Shown here: one piece after another, positions 1 to 10,850 of the stretch
Layout of the letters: each line of letters starts with the position of its first letter
Numbering within the stretch: the first letter of the stretch is position 1
Assembly (NCBI GenBank): GCA_963662625.1
Contig: OY759726.1
Span: 1,504,001-1,568,000 of the forward strand
Source: Nitrosopumilus sp.
Lineage (GTDB): Archaea > Thermoproteota > Nitrososphaeria > Nitrososphaerales > Nitrosopumilaceae
Reading direction: 5' to 3'
DNA length: 64,000 nucleotides
The notes under the pieces: generated by a model
Told to the model about the DNA's origin: nothing
The model's database searches: none
What the model saw: only the letters and a program-made list of their open reading frames with translations
Program-made: the position numbers and the translations under genes

Positions 1-2250
1 AAGAAAAAACAAGAGTCGGAGGGGGTAGTCTACACGCCGGGCGAGGTCATCGACTTTATAATACACAGCGTGGAGCATGTACTGCGTGAGGAGTTCGGAA
101 CTGGATTTAACGACAGGAGGGTCAAGGTGTTTGACCCGTTCACGGGAACTGGGTCGTTTGTGACCGGGCTGCTAGAGTCCGGTCTGATAACGCGGGAGAA
201 CCTCCCCCGCAAGTATTCCAACGACATGTGGGCAAACGAGATAAACCTGCTGGCGTACTATGTGGCGTCTGTAAACATAGAGTCAGTCTTTGAAAAGGTA
301 TCCGGGAAGGGCATGCACGTCCCGTTCCGGAACATCAACTACACCGACACCCTGAACCACAACCCCCGGTACAGGCTGGATGAGAGGCACCGGTATCGGA
401 AGGGGAAACTACACGGGCGGGTGGAGAAGATCGTCGAGAACATCAAGCGGCACAACTATTCCCACATACACGTCATCTTCGGCAACCCCCCGTACTCCGC
501 GGGCCAGAGCGACTTCAACGACCAGAACCAGAACGTGGAGTACCCGGTGATTGACGACCGCATAAAAAAGACCTATCTTGAGAAACTCAATAACAGCAAT
601 CAAAAAATCGGGAACGTCAACTCAATCTATGATTCCTACATCCGCTCGATCCACTGGGCGTCAGACAGGATCGGGAATTCGGGGGTCATAGGGTTCGTCA
701 CGAACGCCGGCTTTTTGCGGGCCGACGCCGCGGCCGGGATGCGCGCCTGCCTGCGGGAAGAGTTCTCCGGCGTGTGGGTCTTCGACCTGAGGGGGAACCA
801 AAGAACCCAAGGTGAAATCTCCAAGAAGGAGGGCGGGAAGATATTCGGTTCAGGTTCCAGGACCCCCGTCGCCATCACGATCCTGGTGAAGAATCCCGAC
901 AGGATGAAGAAGGACAAGAAAGGAAGGCCCAGGGGCACCATACGCTACAAGGACATCGGCGACTACCATTCCAGGGAGGAGAAGATCCGGATCATCAGTG
1001 ACGCCAAGTCCGTCCAAGGAATCACGGGCTGGAAGACCATACGCCCGGACAAGCACCATGACTGGCTGGATCAGAGGGGCGGCGGCTTTGCAAAGTACCT
1101 CCCGATGGGCAGCAAGGAGGCAAAGGCGGGGAGGGGGGACGCGGTATTCGGGGTTTACTTCAGTGGCGTCAAAACACAGCGTGATGCGTGGGCCTACAAT
1201 TCGTCCGAACCTGAACTTTCCAGAAACATGAAGAAGCACATAGACTACTGCAACCAACAGGACTGGGACGACCCGGAAATTGATCCAAAGAAGGCCAAAT
1301 GGGATGAAGAGTTGTCAAAAAAATTAAAAAAAGCAGGAAGGCAAAAGTTTGAAAAATCCAAGATCCGCCGTTCCCTGTATCGGCCGTTTTTCAGGCAATT
1401 CCTCTATTTTGACAAGATGTTCAATGTTCGACAGTACCTCATCCCAAAATTCTTCCCCCGCAACGACTCTGAAAACATGGTGATCTGCGTGCCGCACAAG
1501 GGCAGGAGTGGGATGTTCTCCACACTGGTGACTGACGTCACCCCCGACCTTCACGTAATCGAACAGTCACAGTGCTTCCCGCTCTATACTTACGACGGTG
1601 GGGAGAAAAGGTACAACATCACCGACCACGCGCTCCACTCGTACAGGAAGCACTACGGTGACGATTCCATCAAAAAGATCGACATCTTCCACTACGTCTA
1701 CGGCCTGCTGCACCACCCGGGCTACAGAAAAAAATTCGCAAGCAACCTGTCCCGCGAGCTGCCGCACATCCCGATGGCGCCGGACTTCCGCGCCTTTTCG
1801 AGAACCGGGAGGGAACTGGCGGACCTGCACCTCTCGTGGGAGACATGCGAGAGGCACAACCTGGGAACGCCTAAACACAACCCCAAAAAGTTCAGCAAGC
1901 TCTCGTTTGGCAGGACGACGGTGGAAAAGGACGGCAAGAAGAATCACCACGCCGACCCGTTAGTACTCCTTGCCGACGGCGACATCGTGTTTGACAACCT
2001 TCCCGACGTCAAGTACACGGTCAACGGCCGCGCCCCCGTGGCGCGGGCAGTCGACAGGTACGAGCTATTGAAAGATAAGGGCAGCGGCATAACCAACGAC
2101 GCCACGGGGGTCGACCTCGTCCCACTCATAGAGAGGCTCGTCCACGTCGGGGTGGAGTCTGACAGGCTCATCTCAGGGCTGCCCGAAGAGTTCGAGCCGG
2201 AGGGCTGGGAGCCACGCAAGGTTGGACTGGACGCGCACATGGGGGTGGCC
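1..2250 (+). CDS. Type ISP restriction-modification enzyme, C-terminal part (N6-adenine MTase and target recognition domain); 5'-truncated by the window edge
   Basis: Frame is open from base 1 (KKKQESEGVVYTPGEVIDFI). Motifs DPFTGTGSF (I), GNPPYS (IV), DLRGNQRT, YRPF and YVYGLLH are typical of LlaGI/LlaBIII-like enzymes. No stop follows the expected C-terminus (~EGWEPRKVGLDAHM), so the frame runs on to 3240. Confidence 0.9.
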
Positions 2251-2397
2251 CAGGTACTTTCCAGCGTCATCCCCACACCCTGTTGCACAATTCGATCTTC
2301 AGGTACGAAAAGCACACCAATGAAGACGGGGACGGGCAGGGTTGCGCGACAGCCCCCATCACACACACTTTTATGCCTCTGCGTCGGGCCATTGGCA

Positions 2398-3240
2398 ATG
2401 ACGAAATCAAAGACGATGCTGACCGTGCTGCTGGCCGTCAGCCTGGCCGCCGTGGGGGGTGGGAGCTCGCATGCCGTATCCGATGACTCTCCGCCGCCAG
2501 TGTCCAAACAAGGCCAGATCGGCAGCCCGACGCCAGAAACATCCTCGATAACAAGTTCCACCTACGTCCCCCCGGACGTGGTCTCATACGAAAAGGCAAT
2601 CCATGTCGACAGGTGGGGGACCGCCAATACCGTGGAAATGCCCACCGTTTGCTGGTACGACGTCAACGACACATGCCCCGATCTTTGGATCGGCAGCCTG
2701 TTTTATGACATGGGCGACCTCTTGTATTTCTACATGAATCAAGACTGGAACGCGTCCGTGGCCAATTCTGGCGGGTTCGAAATTTTCGACAGCGAGACAG
2801 GGAATTCCATCTATAGGAACAGTTACCTATCGGGCGCCAGCCATGAGGTTTATGTGAGGCTGTCAGGCGAACTGTTTGAGCCGAAATGCTACGACATCGC
2901 CGTCTGGTACGGCCCGGTCACCGAGATCCAGAAACGGTTCTGCATCGCGGTCGAACCCGACAGTCCGCCGGCACCGACCGTCGGGGTCTCCGGGAAGGTC
3001 TACACGGACGCGAACGGCAACGGAAAACTGGATCCCGGGGAAACCGGACTGTCCGACATGACAGTGGTGGCGTACAGTTACGCGGACCTGGACACCAGAA
3101 AGGCCACCACCGACGCGAACGGCGACTACTCGTTCGGGCTGCCCCCAGGGGGATACATGGTGCAGGTAGAGGGGACCAATGCCATAGCGTACGGCACGAT
3201 CATCGACGGGACCATCTCCGAACAAAATCTTGGGCTCTAG
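2398..3240 (+). CDS. Secreted/surface protein with a C-terminal SdrD-B/Cna-B-like domain, in frame with the upstream R-M gene
   Basis: ATG at 2398 begins a signal-peptide-like segment (MTKSKTMLTVLLAVSLAAVGG). The C-terminus VSGKVYTDANGNGKLDPGETGL...TTDANGDYSF is an SdrD B-like signature. A T-rich tract follows the stop. Confidence 0.7.
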   Translation: MTKSKTMLTVLLAVSLAAVGGGSSHAVSDDSPPPVSKQGQIGSPTPETSSITSSTYVPPDVVSYEKAIHVDRWGTANTVEMPTVCWYDVNDTCPDLWIGSLFYDMGDLLYFYMNQDWNASVANSGGFEIFDSETGNSIYRNSYLSGASHEVYVRLSGELFEPKCYDIAVWYGPVTEIQKRFCIAVEPDSPPAPTVGVSGKVYTDANGNGKLDPGETGLSDMTVVAYSYADLDTRKATTDANGDYSFGLPPGGYMVQVEGTNAIAYGTIIDGTISEQNLGL

Positions 3241-3280
3241 CCCTCCCTTTTTTATTCATCAGGTAAAAACATCACACCTA

Positions 3281-4662
3281 TGTTAACCGCCAGCCGTAGT
3301 TGCCGCAATGCATCCCGCGGCTTTTCCGATCCGTGCACAGGTTGCACCGCATGGGATTCATGACTGGCGCTGGCAAGACGGTCCGGGATGCGGGCAGCGC
3401 GGGGGGCCGCCCCCGGCGCGCCTTCCACGTCCTGGCCAGCTTGCGCCGACACGGCCCACCGTTGCGGGACCCGTGGGGCGTCCTGGTGGCCGGCATGTGC
3501 CACATCACGGTGGCCATCTTGTGGGCCACCGCCGTGATTGCCGGCCCATGCCTGTCCGCGTGCCCCCGGCGCGCGGACGCGTACATGGCCACCATTCCGG
3601 CGTCGTGTCGTGCGGAGGTGTACGCGGCCCCGCGCATGGCCAGGCTGCCGGGGTCGATCTTCTTGATCCGCCCCGCAGCGGCCGGTTCCCCGACTGGCAG
3701 GCCGCCGGGCACGGCCCGGCCCACGACGCCGCCTGCCTTGGCCCCCTGGACCCCGGGGACGTCCCGATCCCGGGGGCCGTCGGCACCGCGGCGAGCGCGC
3801 CGGCGCCGGCCGTGCCGGCCGGCAGCCTCGCGTCACCGTTGCGGGCGGCCCCCGTCCCGGGGAGCCCCCCCGTCACGGAGATCTCCCCCGTCAGGTGCCC
3901 CGCCTGCCGGGCGCGTCGGCCCGGGACCGACCCGTCGTGCCCGGGGCCTGGCCCCGCGGACTCCGGCTGCCCCAGGGCCCTTTCGGGGTGCATGGCGGGG
4001 GCGCCCGTTTGGACGTCGTGGCGGCCCGGGAGGCTGCGGGCGCGGCTTGCCGCGCGCGCCCTGTCCCGGGCCGGCCCCGCCCCCTGCCCGGCCACCGCGC
4101 GCATCCCCCCGGCGTGGCCCGGGGGGACGCAGCGCCCCGGCACCATGCCCGTCCCCGGCACCTGCGCCATCTTCCCTGCGCCAATCCTGTCGGTCTTCTC
4201 GGCGGTCCTGGCCATCAGGGCCATCCTGTGCGTGTTGGCCAGTCTGGTGCCGGTCCCGGCCGCCCCGGAGGCGCCAGGCGCCCTGTCCCGCATGCTGCCA
4301 GTCGTCCCGCGGGCGGCCCTGCAGGGGCCGCCGCCCAGGCACCTGCGCGCCATCGCCCCCGCGAACTTCGCCGCGCCGTCCCGGGCGTCGGGGTACCGCC
4401 CCCTCCCGGGAACCTTCCCGTTCCCGCCCGCCACGCACGCGCCGCGCTTTCCCTGCCCCATGCCTGCCCCCATGCCTGTCTTTCCCGTCCTTTCCTGTCG
4501 CCTCCTTCCGGATGCCTGGCGGATCGGAAGCCGCGCACGCCCATCAGGGCGCGAAGCCCAGTGACGCGGCGGCCCGGGTTGCCCCATTCAACAGAAAGGG
4601 CGCCAGGCCCACGCGCTACCAGGGGCCGGTCCATCGGGGCAACTACGCCTGGGTGGTTATCA
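3281..4662 (-). mobile_element. Degenerate IS110-family element (frameshifted transposase pseudogene)
   Basis: Remnant motifs EKTDRIGAGKMAQ, VPTAPGIG and AITAVAHKMATVMWHM lie in different frames. There is an imperfect ~24-bp inverted repeat at 3281-3304 and 4638-4662, and GC content is very high. Confidence 0.8.
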
Positions 4663-4971
4663 CGTGTTCAACAGATTACTAGCGGACAGACTTTTTATAT
4701 ACTACATCAGCGCTTGGCCATCCAAAATCCTTTATACCCACTGATGAAAAACTGAATCTGGATTTGACTGGCAGCCGATCGGATCATCTTGTACTAGAAT
4801 GGTCATTGCCCCTAGACTGGGGGATCGGGGCCTGGAGGAACTGGGCATGATCAGGCCCACGGTTGGACATTCCAGAAACCAGGCATACGCCTGGAAGGAG
4901 GTGGTGTCGCTCTGGGCATCGCCAGAAATGATCAGAGACGCGCGTGGATGCGTGGTTTCGGGACCGGTTTC

Positions 4972-5895
4972 ATGGCACTGAGCGTCTTGGAACTGTGTTC
5001 CGGAGCAGGCGGCCAGGCGCTGGGGTTTGAGGATGCAGGATACCACCACGAGGCCCTAGTGGATAACAATCAATGGGCGTGCGCCACGATCAGGGAGAAC
5101 CGGCCCAACTGGGACGTGGTGGAAGGTGACATATCGGGGATCGATGCAGTTGGTTGGCGCGGAGTGGATGTGGTGGCAGGGGGTCTCCCCTGCCCCCCGT
5201 TTTCCGCAGCCGGTAGGCAGCTTGGGGAGGACGATGAGCGGAACCTATTTCCTGCCCTGTTCAGGATACTGGAAGAGGTGCGCCCGGAGGCCGTGGTAAT
5301 AGAGAACGTCCGCGGGCTGATGATGCCCAGATTCGTGACGTATCGGGAGGTGATAAATTCTATGCTGGAGTCATTGGGCTTCCGAACATACTGGGGGATG
5401 GCAAACGCGGTCAACTTTGGAGTTCCGCAGAAGCGGACCAGAACGTTCATCATAGGCCTGCGCGACCACGACAGTGAGTTTTTGTGGCCTGCCGGGGACG
5501 GCGCAGTGGGGACCGTTGGGGAAGCCATCGGGGACATGATGGGTGAGGACGGCTGGCACATGGTCGACGAGTGGGTAAGGGGGGCCAACAGACCTGCACC
5601 CACACTAGTGGGGGGTTCCAAAAAACACGGGGGTCCGGATCTGGGACCCACACGAGCAAGGAGGGAGTGGGCGGAGCTGGGGGTGGACGGCATGGGGGTG
5701 GCAGACTCCCCCCCACACCGCGACTTTGAGGGCATGCCGCGCCTCACAACCGAAATGGCTGCCACGTTGCAGGCGTTTCCAAAGGACTGGAAGTTTGCGG
5801 GCGGGAAGACTCAGCGGTACAGGCAGGTGGGCAACGCGCTCCCCCCGAACCTGGCACGCGCGGTGGCATCGGAGGTTGCACGGTGCCTCGCGTAG
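4972..5895 (+). CDS. DNA (cytosine-5)-methyltransferase, NaeI/NgoMIV-like target recognition domain
   Basis: Motifs ELCSGAGG, GGLPCPPFS, ENVRG, PQKRTR and YRQVGNA. The TRD reads APTLVGGSKKHGGPDLGPTRA. Confidence 0.93.
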   Translation: MALSVLELCSGAGGQALGFEDAGYHHEALVDNNQWACATIRENRPNWDVVEGDISGIDAVGWRGVDVVAGGLPCPPFSAAGRQLGEDDERNLFPALFRILEEVRPEAVVIENVRGLMMPRFVTYREVINSMLESLGFRTYWGMANAVNFGVPQKRTRTFIIGLRDHDSEFLWPAGDGAVGTVGEAIGDMMGEDGWHMVDEWVRGANRPAPTLVGGSKKHGGPDLGPTRARREWAELGVDGMGVADSPPHRDFEGMPRLTTEMAATLQAFPKDWKFAGGKTQRYRQVGNALPPNLARAVASEVARCLA

Positions 5896-6452
5896 GCTCG
5901 CGGGCCACGCTTGCGGAATATCTCCGCTCCCGAGTGGGTCAGGTGCTGGACGCCGATGAGCTTCAGGAAGCAGCCGGCGGGGCGACGGAATGGGCCCGCC
6001 GCCTGCGGGAATTGAGGGCCTCCGGCTGGAGCATAAGCTCCAACAACGACAGGAACGACCTCAAGCCAGGACAGTACGTGCTTGAGGCGGAGCCACCAGA
6101 CAAGGGCGAGTACGTCTTTGAGCGCCCAATATCAGGCACTACGCGGGCACGGGTGTTGGAGAGGAACGGATACACCTGTCAGATGTGCGGCGCCTCCGCG
6201 GGAGACGCGGATGAGCTCAACCCTGGTCGCAAGATCCGGTTGCACATAGGCCACATAACGGATCGTAGCCATGGCGGGGACGATTCGGAGCACAACCTGA
6301 GGGCATTGTGTAGCACCTGCAACCAGGGCGCAAAGAATCTCACCATTGAGCCACCAAGACACAGATGGCTTCTAGCACAAGTCCGCCGGGCCAATATGGA
6401 CGACCAGAAAAAGATCCTGAAATGGCTCAAGAAGCGCTTCAATGAAGAATGA
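5883..6452 (+). CDS. HNH endonuclease, probable cognate restriction enzyme
   Basis: CQMCG...LHIGHI...GG...NLRALCSTCN motif with an N-terminal HTH-like segment (EWARRLRELR). The gene overlaps the MTase stop. Confidence 0.85.
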   Translation: MPRVGSRATLAEYLRSRVGQVLDADELQEAAGGATEWARRLRELRASGWSISSNNDRNDLKPGQYVLEAEPPDKGEYVFERPISGTTRARVLERNGYTCQMCGASAGDADELNPGRKIRLHIGHITDRSHGGDDSEHNLRALCSTCNQGAKNLTIEPPRHRWLLAQVRRANMDDQKKILKWLKKRFNEE

Positions 6453-6891
6453 GTACGTTTGAATAATAGGCGAGAAGGGTGGCCTCGCATGAGTCGGTCA
6501 GGAGCAATGGCGGCCGTCGCAGACGACCCTGTCGGCAAACAGGATAATGCCGCCAGAACCTACGACGCCCTTTCCCGTGACGTCAAGGCAGCTCACACCG
6601 GCCATTCCACTGTCGCTACTGCCTGTGGCGGAATGGTTTGCCGCCACGATGCCCGATGTCATACCCAGCGTTGCGACAAGCGCGCCCATCGCTGCGGCTT
6701 TGCCGTCGTCACGCCTTTCAGTATGGGTGGAACCGTGGTGTTTGCCGTAGTTGCCGTGGATCCGGGGTGGGAAAATGAAATGTTTCGAATACTTCAGTGT
6801 AATGAGCGTCACTCTAGCGCGCTTTCCTCCAGCATACGGGCAATCCTAGTGGCAGTGAAATCAAAATAAGAGCGCCAAACTACCAATACAG

Positions 6892-7296
6892 ATGACCGAC
6901 ATCTTCAGCAAAGAGAAAAGGTCTTGGATAATGTCACGCATACGCAGCAGAAACACCAAGATAGATCTCAAAATGGACTGCATGCTCAGAAACATAGGAA
7001 TTACATACGTGATGTACCCAAAGATGTTTGGAAGTCCGGACTTTGCACTGGAGGCCAAAAAGATTGCGATCTTTTGTGATGGTGATTTCTGGCACGGATA
7101 CAACTACGCCAGAAAGAAGCCACTAAAAAAATACTGGAGGGAAAAGATTGAGAGAAACATGAAGCGCGACAGATACGTCTCTAGAAAGCTGAGGCGTGAG
7201 GGGTGGTCGGTTTTGAGGTTCTGGGAGCACGACATTGATAAAAGAGCGACGGCTTGCACGAATCGGATAATTAGAAAAATAATGGAAAAACCATAG
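6892..7296 (+). CDS. vsr: Very short patch repair endonuclease
   Basis: MTDIFSKEKRSWIMSRIRSRNTK, GSPDF, FCDGDFWHG and GWSVLRFWE motifs. Confidence 0.93.
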   Translation: MTDIFSKEKRSWIMSRIRSRNTKIDLKMDCMLRNIGITYVMYPKMFGSPDFALEAKKIAIFCDGDFWHGYNYARKKPLKKYWREKIERNMKRDRYVSRKLRREGWSVLRFWEHDIDKRATACTNRIIRKIMEKP

Positions 7297-7399
7297 CCGG
7301 TGCTCCACGGTTATCCGCCCCCGCAGGATGGTACATCGTCAGGTCCGGGGAACCTGCAGTCGCCGCATGCGCTCGCCATGTGGAACCGTCGCCCCGGCG

Positions 7400-7660
7400 A
7401 AAAATTAAATCTTGCTGATCTTGCGGCTGGGCGCAAAGCACGCCAAGCAGTGCCCCGACAGGGTGTCGTCCTGGGTGGAACGCTTCAAGGAGGGCGCCAG
7501 CACCGCCTTCCCCGGAACGTCCCGCCCATAACGACACTCTGTCGGGGCACCGCATGGGGGAACCTGCGGCGTCCCGGACGCCCCTGTCGCGGTTGCACAC
7601 CGTGGCCGACGTGTTCCGCTCGGAACCCAAGATCCCTTGGCATGCGGCCCTTGCCGCGCC
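7400..7660 (+). pseudogene. Possible transposase HTH remnant
   Basis: One frame reads RVSSWVERFKEG, resembling a transposase N-terminal HTH. The region is GC-rich with no intact ORF. Confidence 0.3.
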
Positions 7661-7665
7661 GACGG

Positions 7666-8889
7666 TCACTTGAGCCCACCGGCCTCGACCCACTCGTCTG
7701 GTGTCAGCACGTGTACGCGTAACTCCTCCAATATCTGGTCGCGGATCAGGAGAAAGTCCGCGTCCTCGGTCATCAGGATCTTGGTCTTGCTATTGTCCCT
7801 GAGCTTGGGATGTGACGCCTTGGCGAGTATCGCCTTGTCTATCGTCAGATCGAACATGCAGACCTCCCAGGTGTATTCTTGCCGTACGCCGCCTCCATCC
7901 ACATTCTTATGGTGCTTCTGCTTGACATGCTTCCTCCAGGTCTCGTCACGGAGGAACGCGTTCCGAAGTAAGGCCGCCACCTCGTCCTTTCGCTTCTCCA
8001 TCCCGTTGCTGTCGCCCACCGTACGGGAATCCGCCCCACTTCCCGGAACCAGCCTGCGCGCCTTCTTCACGCACTTGCTCGCAGTCTTCTCGCTACCGTT
8101 GATCCCCAATACCACCCCACGCAACTCTTCAAGCGTGTTGCTTGCCACATACAACCTCCCGCTTTCCGAGAGGGACTCGACGATCTCCTTAATCCTGGGG
8201 CTTGGCGGATCATCGCCGGGCTTGGGCGCGATTTCCCCTATCGCCACCATGTAATTCACCATCACGTTGGTGTCCGGCATCACGATACATCCCTCCGGGT
8301 CTATCTTCGGGGGCCACCGGAGTTCCTCGTCTGCGGGGACTGCCGACTCCCGGGGACCCCCGCCCACGATCTTTTCTGGGCTCGGCGCGCCGGTGGGGGC
8401 CACGGCGGGCCGGGCAGGCCGCTCCTGCGTATGGGGGGCACGGTGTGACTTTGGGGTTTGTCCGGGTTCTGCAGCCACCGGCTTCTGGCATGCCTGACTT
8501 TTGATCGCGCCTTCTGGGTTTGTGACGGCAGGTTGAGATCCCTGCTTGCGGGTGGCAGCTGGTTTCTTTCCTTCGATCAGGCCATCCAACACGCGCATGA
8601 GATCGGATCTCTGCTCGGAGTTGATCGGCATTAGGTTCAGCTTGTACCCCGTCTTGGTTATGAGAAGGAGCTTTTTACCCGCCAAGGTGTCCCACACGCG
8701 CATTTTTTCATAGGGTTCTGCCCTCTTACCATATGAGCGCATGTGGTTTGCTATGACGGCTTGGGGCCTCTCTTTTGGATACGATTCCAGCAGCGCTTTA
8801 ACCGCTAACAGTCCTGGGGATCCCGTCACCATCGTTTGAATAATGTCCCTAAACACTTCAAACGCAAGGGACTCTTCCAGCCCTTCCAC
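7666..8889 (-). CDS. Multidomain protein with a C-terminal PIN-like domain
   Basis: IVMPDTNVMV...LEEL...DKAILAKA...ILMTEDADF matches the PIN acidic quartet. A Pro/Ala-rich linker joins it to an N-terminal domain of unknown function. Confidence 0.65.
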   Translation of the reverse strand: MEGLEESLAFEVFRDIIQTMVTGSPGLLAVKALLESYPKERPQAVIANHMRSYGKRAEPYEKMRVWDTLAGKKLLLITKTGYKLNLMPINSEQRSDLMRVLDGLIEGKKPAATRKQGSQPAVTNPEGAIKSQACQKPVAAEPGQTPKSHRAPHTQERPARPAVAPTGAPSPEKIVGGGPRESAVPADEELRWPPKIDPEGCIVMPDTNVMVNYMVAIGEIAPKPGDDPPSPRIKEIVESLSESGRLYVASNTLEELRGVVLGINGSEKTASKCVKKARRLVPGSGADSRTVGDSNGMEKRKDEVAALLRNAFLRDETWRKHVKQKHHKNVDGGGVRQEYTWEVCMFDLTIDKAILAKASHPKLRDNSKTKILMTEDADFLLIRDQILEELRVHVLTPDEWVEAGGLK

Positions 8890-9033
8890 GCAGTCTGGCG
8901 TGTGACATTTCTAATTAATTTTTCCTGGCAGCCAGCGTACATCATTAGGTCCGCGGCACGCGGTTGCCACCTACTAGCCGACACGGGCGATGCGGCTGGC
9001 CGGCACCGCCCCGCCCGATCCCAGTAACCATAT

Positions 9034-9359
9034 GTGCCCCGAAAGAAGCCGGTTTCAGATGGTACCTGCCATAAGCGCGCCAGGAAGCAAACAAGCAGAT
9101 TGCCGGCTCCGGCAAGGAAGCGCGTGAAGGCTTCCGGGGCGGGTAACCAGTGCACGGACGACGGAGAGTACGTGGGGACGCCATATTCCGGGAGGACAAA
9201 AAATACGTCGGGGAATGGGCGCTGATTGTCGACGAGAGGGTGGCGTACCACGGGCCTGGCGGGGACGAGCTGCTGGCCTAGGTGAGGAAGGCCCAGAAAC
9301 GCGGCGTCTCCCCGCTGGTGCATTATGTCGGGGACGAGCACGACGCATTCCTGCTGTGA
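9034..9359 (+). pseudogene. DUF5678-like small protein pseudogene
   Basis: An alternative frame reads KYVGEWALIVDERVAYHG...ELLA*VRKAQKRGVSPLVHYVGDE, with an internal TAG and an upstream frameshift. Confidence 0.55.
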
Positions 9360-9369
9360 GGCCCGCGCC

Positions 9370-9782
9370 ATGTCTGCCACATTCAGGTACATTCCTTTGA
9401 ATTACGGCGACCAACGTCTGAGGAGGCCTGCATTGGAGGTCGGCTTACCCACAAGTACAGCATCAACATTCACGCATACGTGGACAGCGGCGCATCGCAC
9501 ACATTTGTCCCACAAAGGCACGCAAAACTTGCCGGGCTTTTAGATGAAGGCAACACAGTGAAGGTTCAACATACTGAAAGATCATACGAGGCCAGGATGA
9601 TAGCTGTCAGGTCAATAGAGATAATGCGGGGCCAGGAAGTGTTTGAGAACATGCGTGGCCAGACGGTGCTGGTTGGAGAGAGCTACATCCAATTCTGCAT
9701 TCTTGGCCGGAATTCGGTCTTTAGGTATTTTGACATCACTTTCTATGAAAAGCGCAGGAGGGTTACGCCGATCCGTGTTTAG
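9370..9782 (+). pseudogene. Retropepsin-like aspartyl protease, frameshifted
   Basis: MSATFRYIP...RRPALEV in one frame continues as VDSGASHTF...ILGRNSVFRYFDITF in another. Confidence 0.65.
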
Positions 9783-9789
9783 TGGAGAC

Positions 9790-10205
9790 GTCAGTATTTG
9801 GCGGAACGGGCTGGCCGCTGGCGGCGCAGGCATTCCGGGGCGCATGAAGTATCCTGCAGGGACGCGTTCCTGCCGTGCTCCAGGGGGCCGCGCCGGTGCT
9901 TCGGGAAGGTGCACGCAATGATGGACGGCGCGTTGCCCCACACGGCCGGGGTCGTGAAAAAACGCGTCCCGCGCATCCCCGGCGCGGGGACCGCGTGCCT
10001 ACCCGCCGCCACACCGGAGCAGGACGCCGGGGGAGTGCCGGCGCAGGCCAGGGTGCGGCGTCCAGGCGCCGGGGATGCGCGGGAAGTTCGGGGGAACGGG
10101 GCGCACCCTGTCCGAATACCTGAGGACGTCCCACGCCAACCTGGACGTCATGAGGTACATCGACAGGAAGTCCTTGGCGCTCAAGAGCTTTTGAGCGTTG
10201 CTATA
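9790..10205 (+). mobile_element. IS630-family 3' remnant
   Basis: FGKVHAMMDGALPHTA...CLPAATPE resembles the IS630 DDE C-terminus. It ends GAGCGTTGCTATA, similar to the IS630 end at 61925. Confidence 0.6.
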
Positions 10206-10599
10206 GAAGGGGTGGATCCTCCGTAACGTACAACTGCACCGAAAATTTGCAGACAAACTTGGCGCCGAGAATAGGCTCGCCTGAAAGCCGGACAATCTGA
10301 TACGGGGGGTTCGACGTGAGATGCGCCCTACACAACGCGTGCATGATCCTGCGGGAGTTCTGGTTCTCCCACGAGGGGAATGTCGCGGGGCTCCCCCGAA
10401 ATCCTATCAGGACGGGGCAAAACGGAAGCATGCCTATGTGGAAGGACGATGGCATGGATTTGCCATCGCCGCAAAGGAGGATCCGCATTCAACATGATGG
10501 GCACGAGCGGGAAGGGCCTGCTTACATACAGAGAACCGGGTAACCCCATGCGCAAAAAGCTTGTCTGCAGGCATGGCCGTGCAGCACCCTCATGATCCT

Positions 10600-10850
10600 G
10601 TGGGAATGGGGTTCAGCTCTAAGAGGCCCATCATCAGATACGCTGCGGCGGCAGACGACGATGCGGTACGGCAGCGGTGAGCCGATTCCACATGCGCGAT
10701 CTTGCGCGTAAAGAGGCGAAAAATGGCGATAGTGGTGCGGGACGGGCCCATGTTCATCTGGAGGGGATCCACTGGATGCGGTAGTGTCCCCGCGTCAGGG
10801 AAGGGGTTGCGGTCGGGAGGCCCGGCAAGAGGGCAGAACCGAGGCATGCG
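10600..10850 (+). mobile_element. IS630-family internal fragment
   Basis: MGFSSKRPIIRYAAAADDDAVRQR*AD...RRKMAIVVRDGP aligns by eye with PGLSPKGPTTGYAAAADDDTVRRRRAD...RRKTATVAQDGP at about 61280-61420. Confidence 0.7.

Noticed and set aside
70-3240. A single genuine 1056-aa protein starting at 70
   Set aside because: The frame is open upstream to base 1, and the internal signal peptide points to two genes joined by a lost stop.
3252-4755. Many long overlapping Arg/Pro/Gly-rich ORFs
   Set aside because: They are artefacts of extreme GC content in a decayed IS110 element.
6459-6869. CDS between the HNH gene and vsr
   Set aside because: No recognisable motif in any frame, so it cannot be supported.
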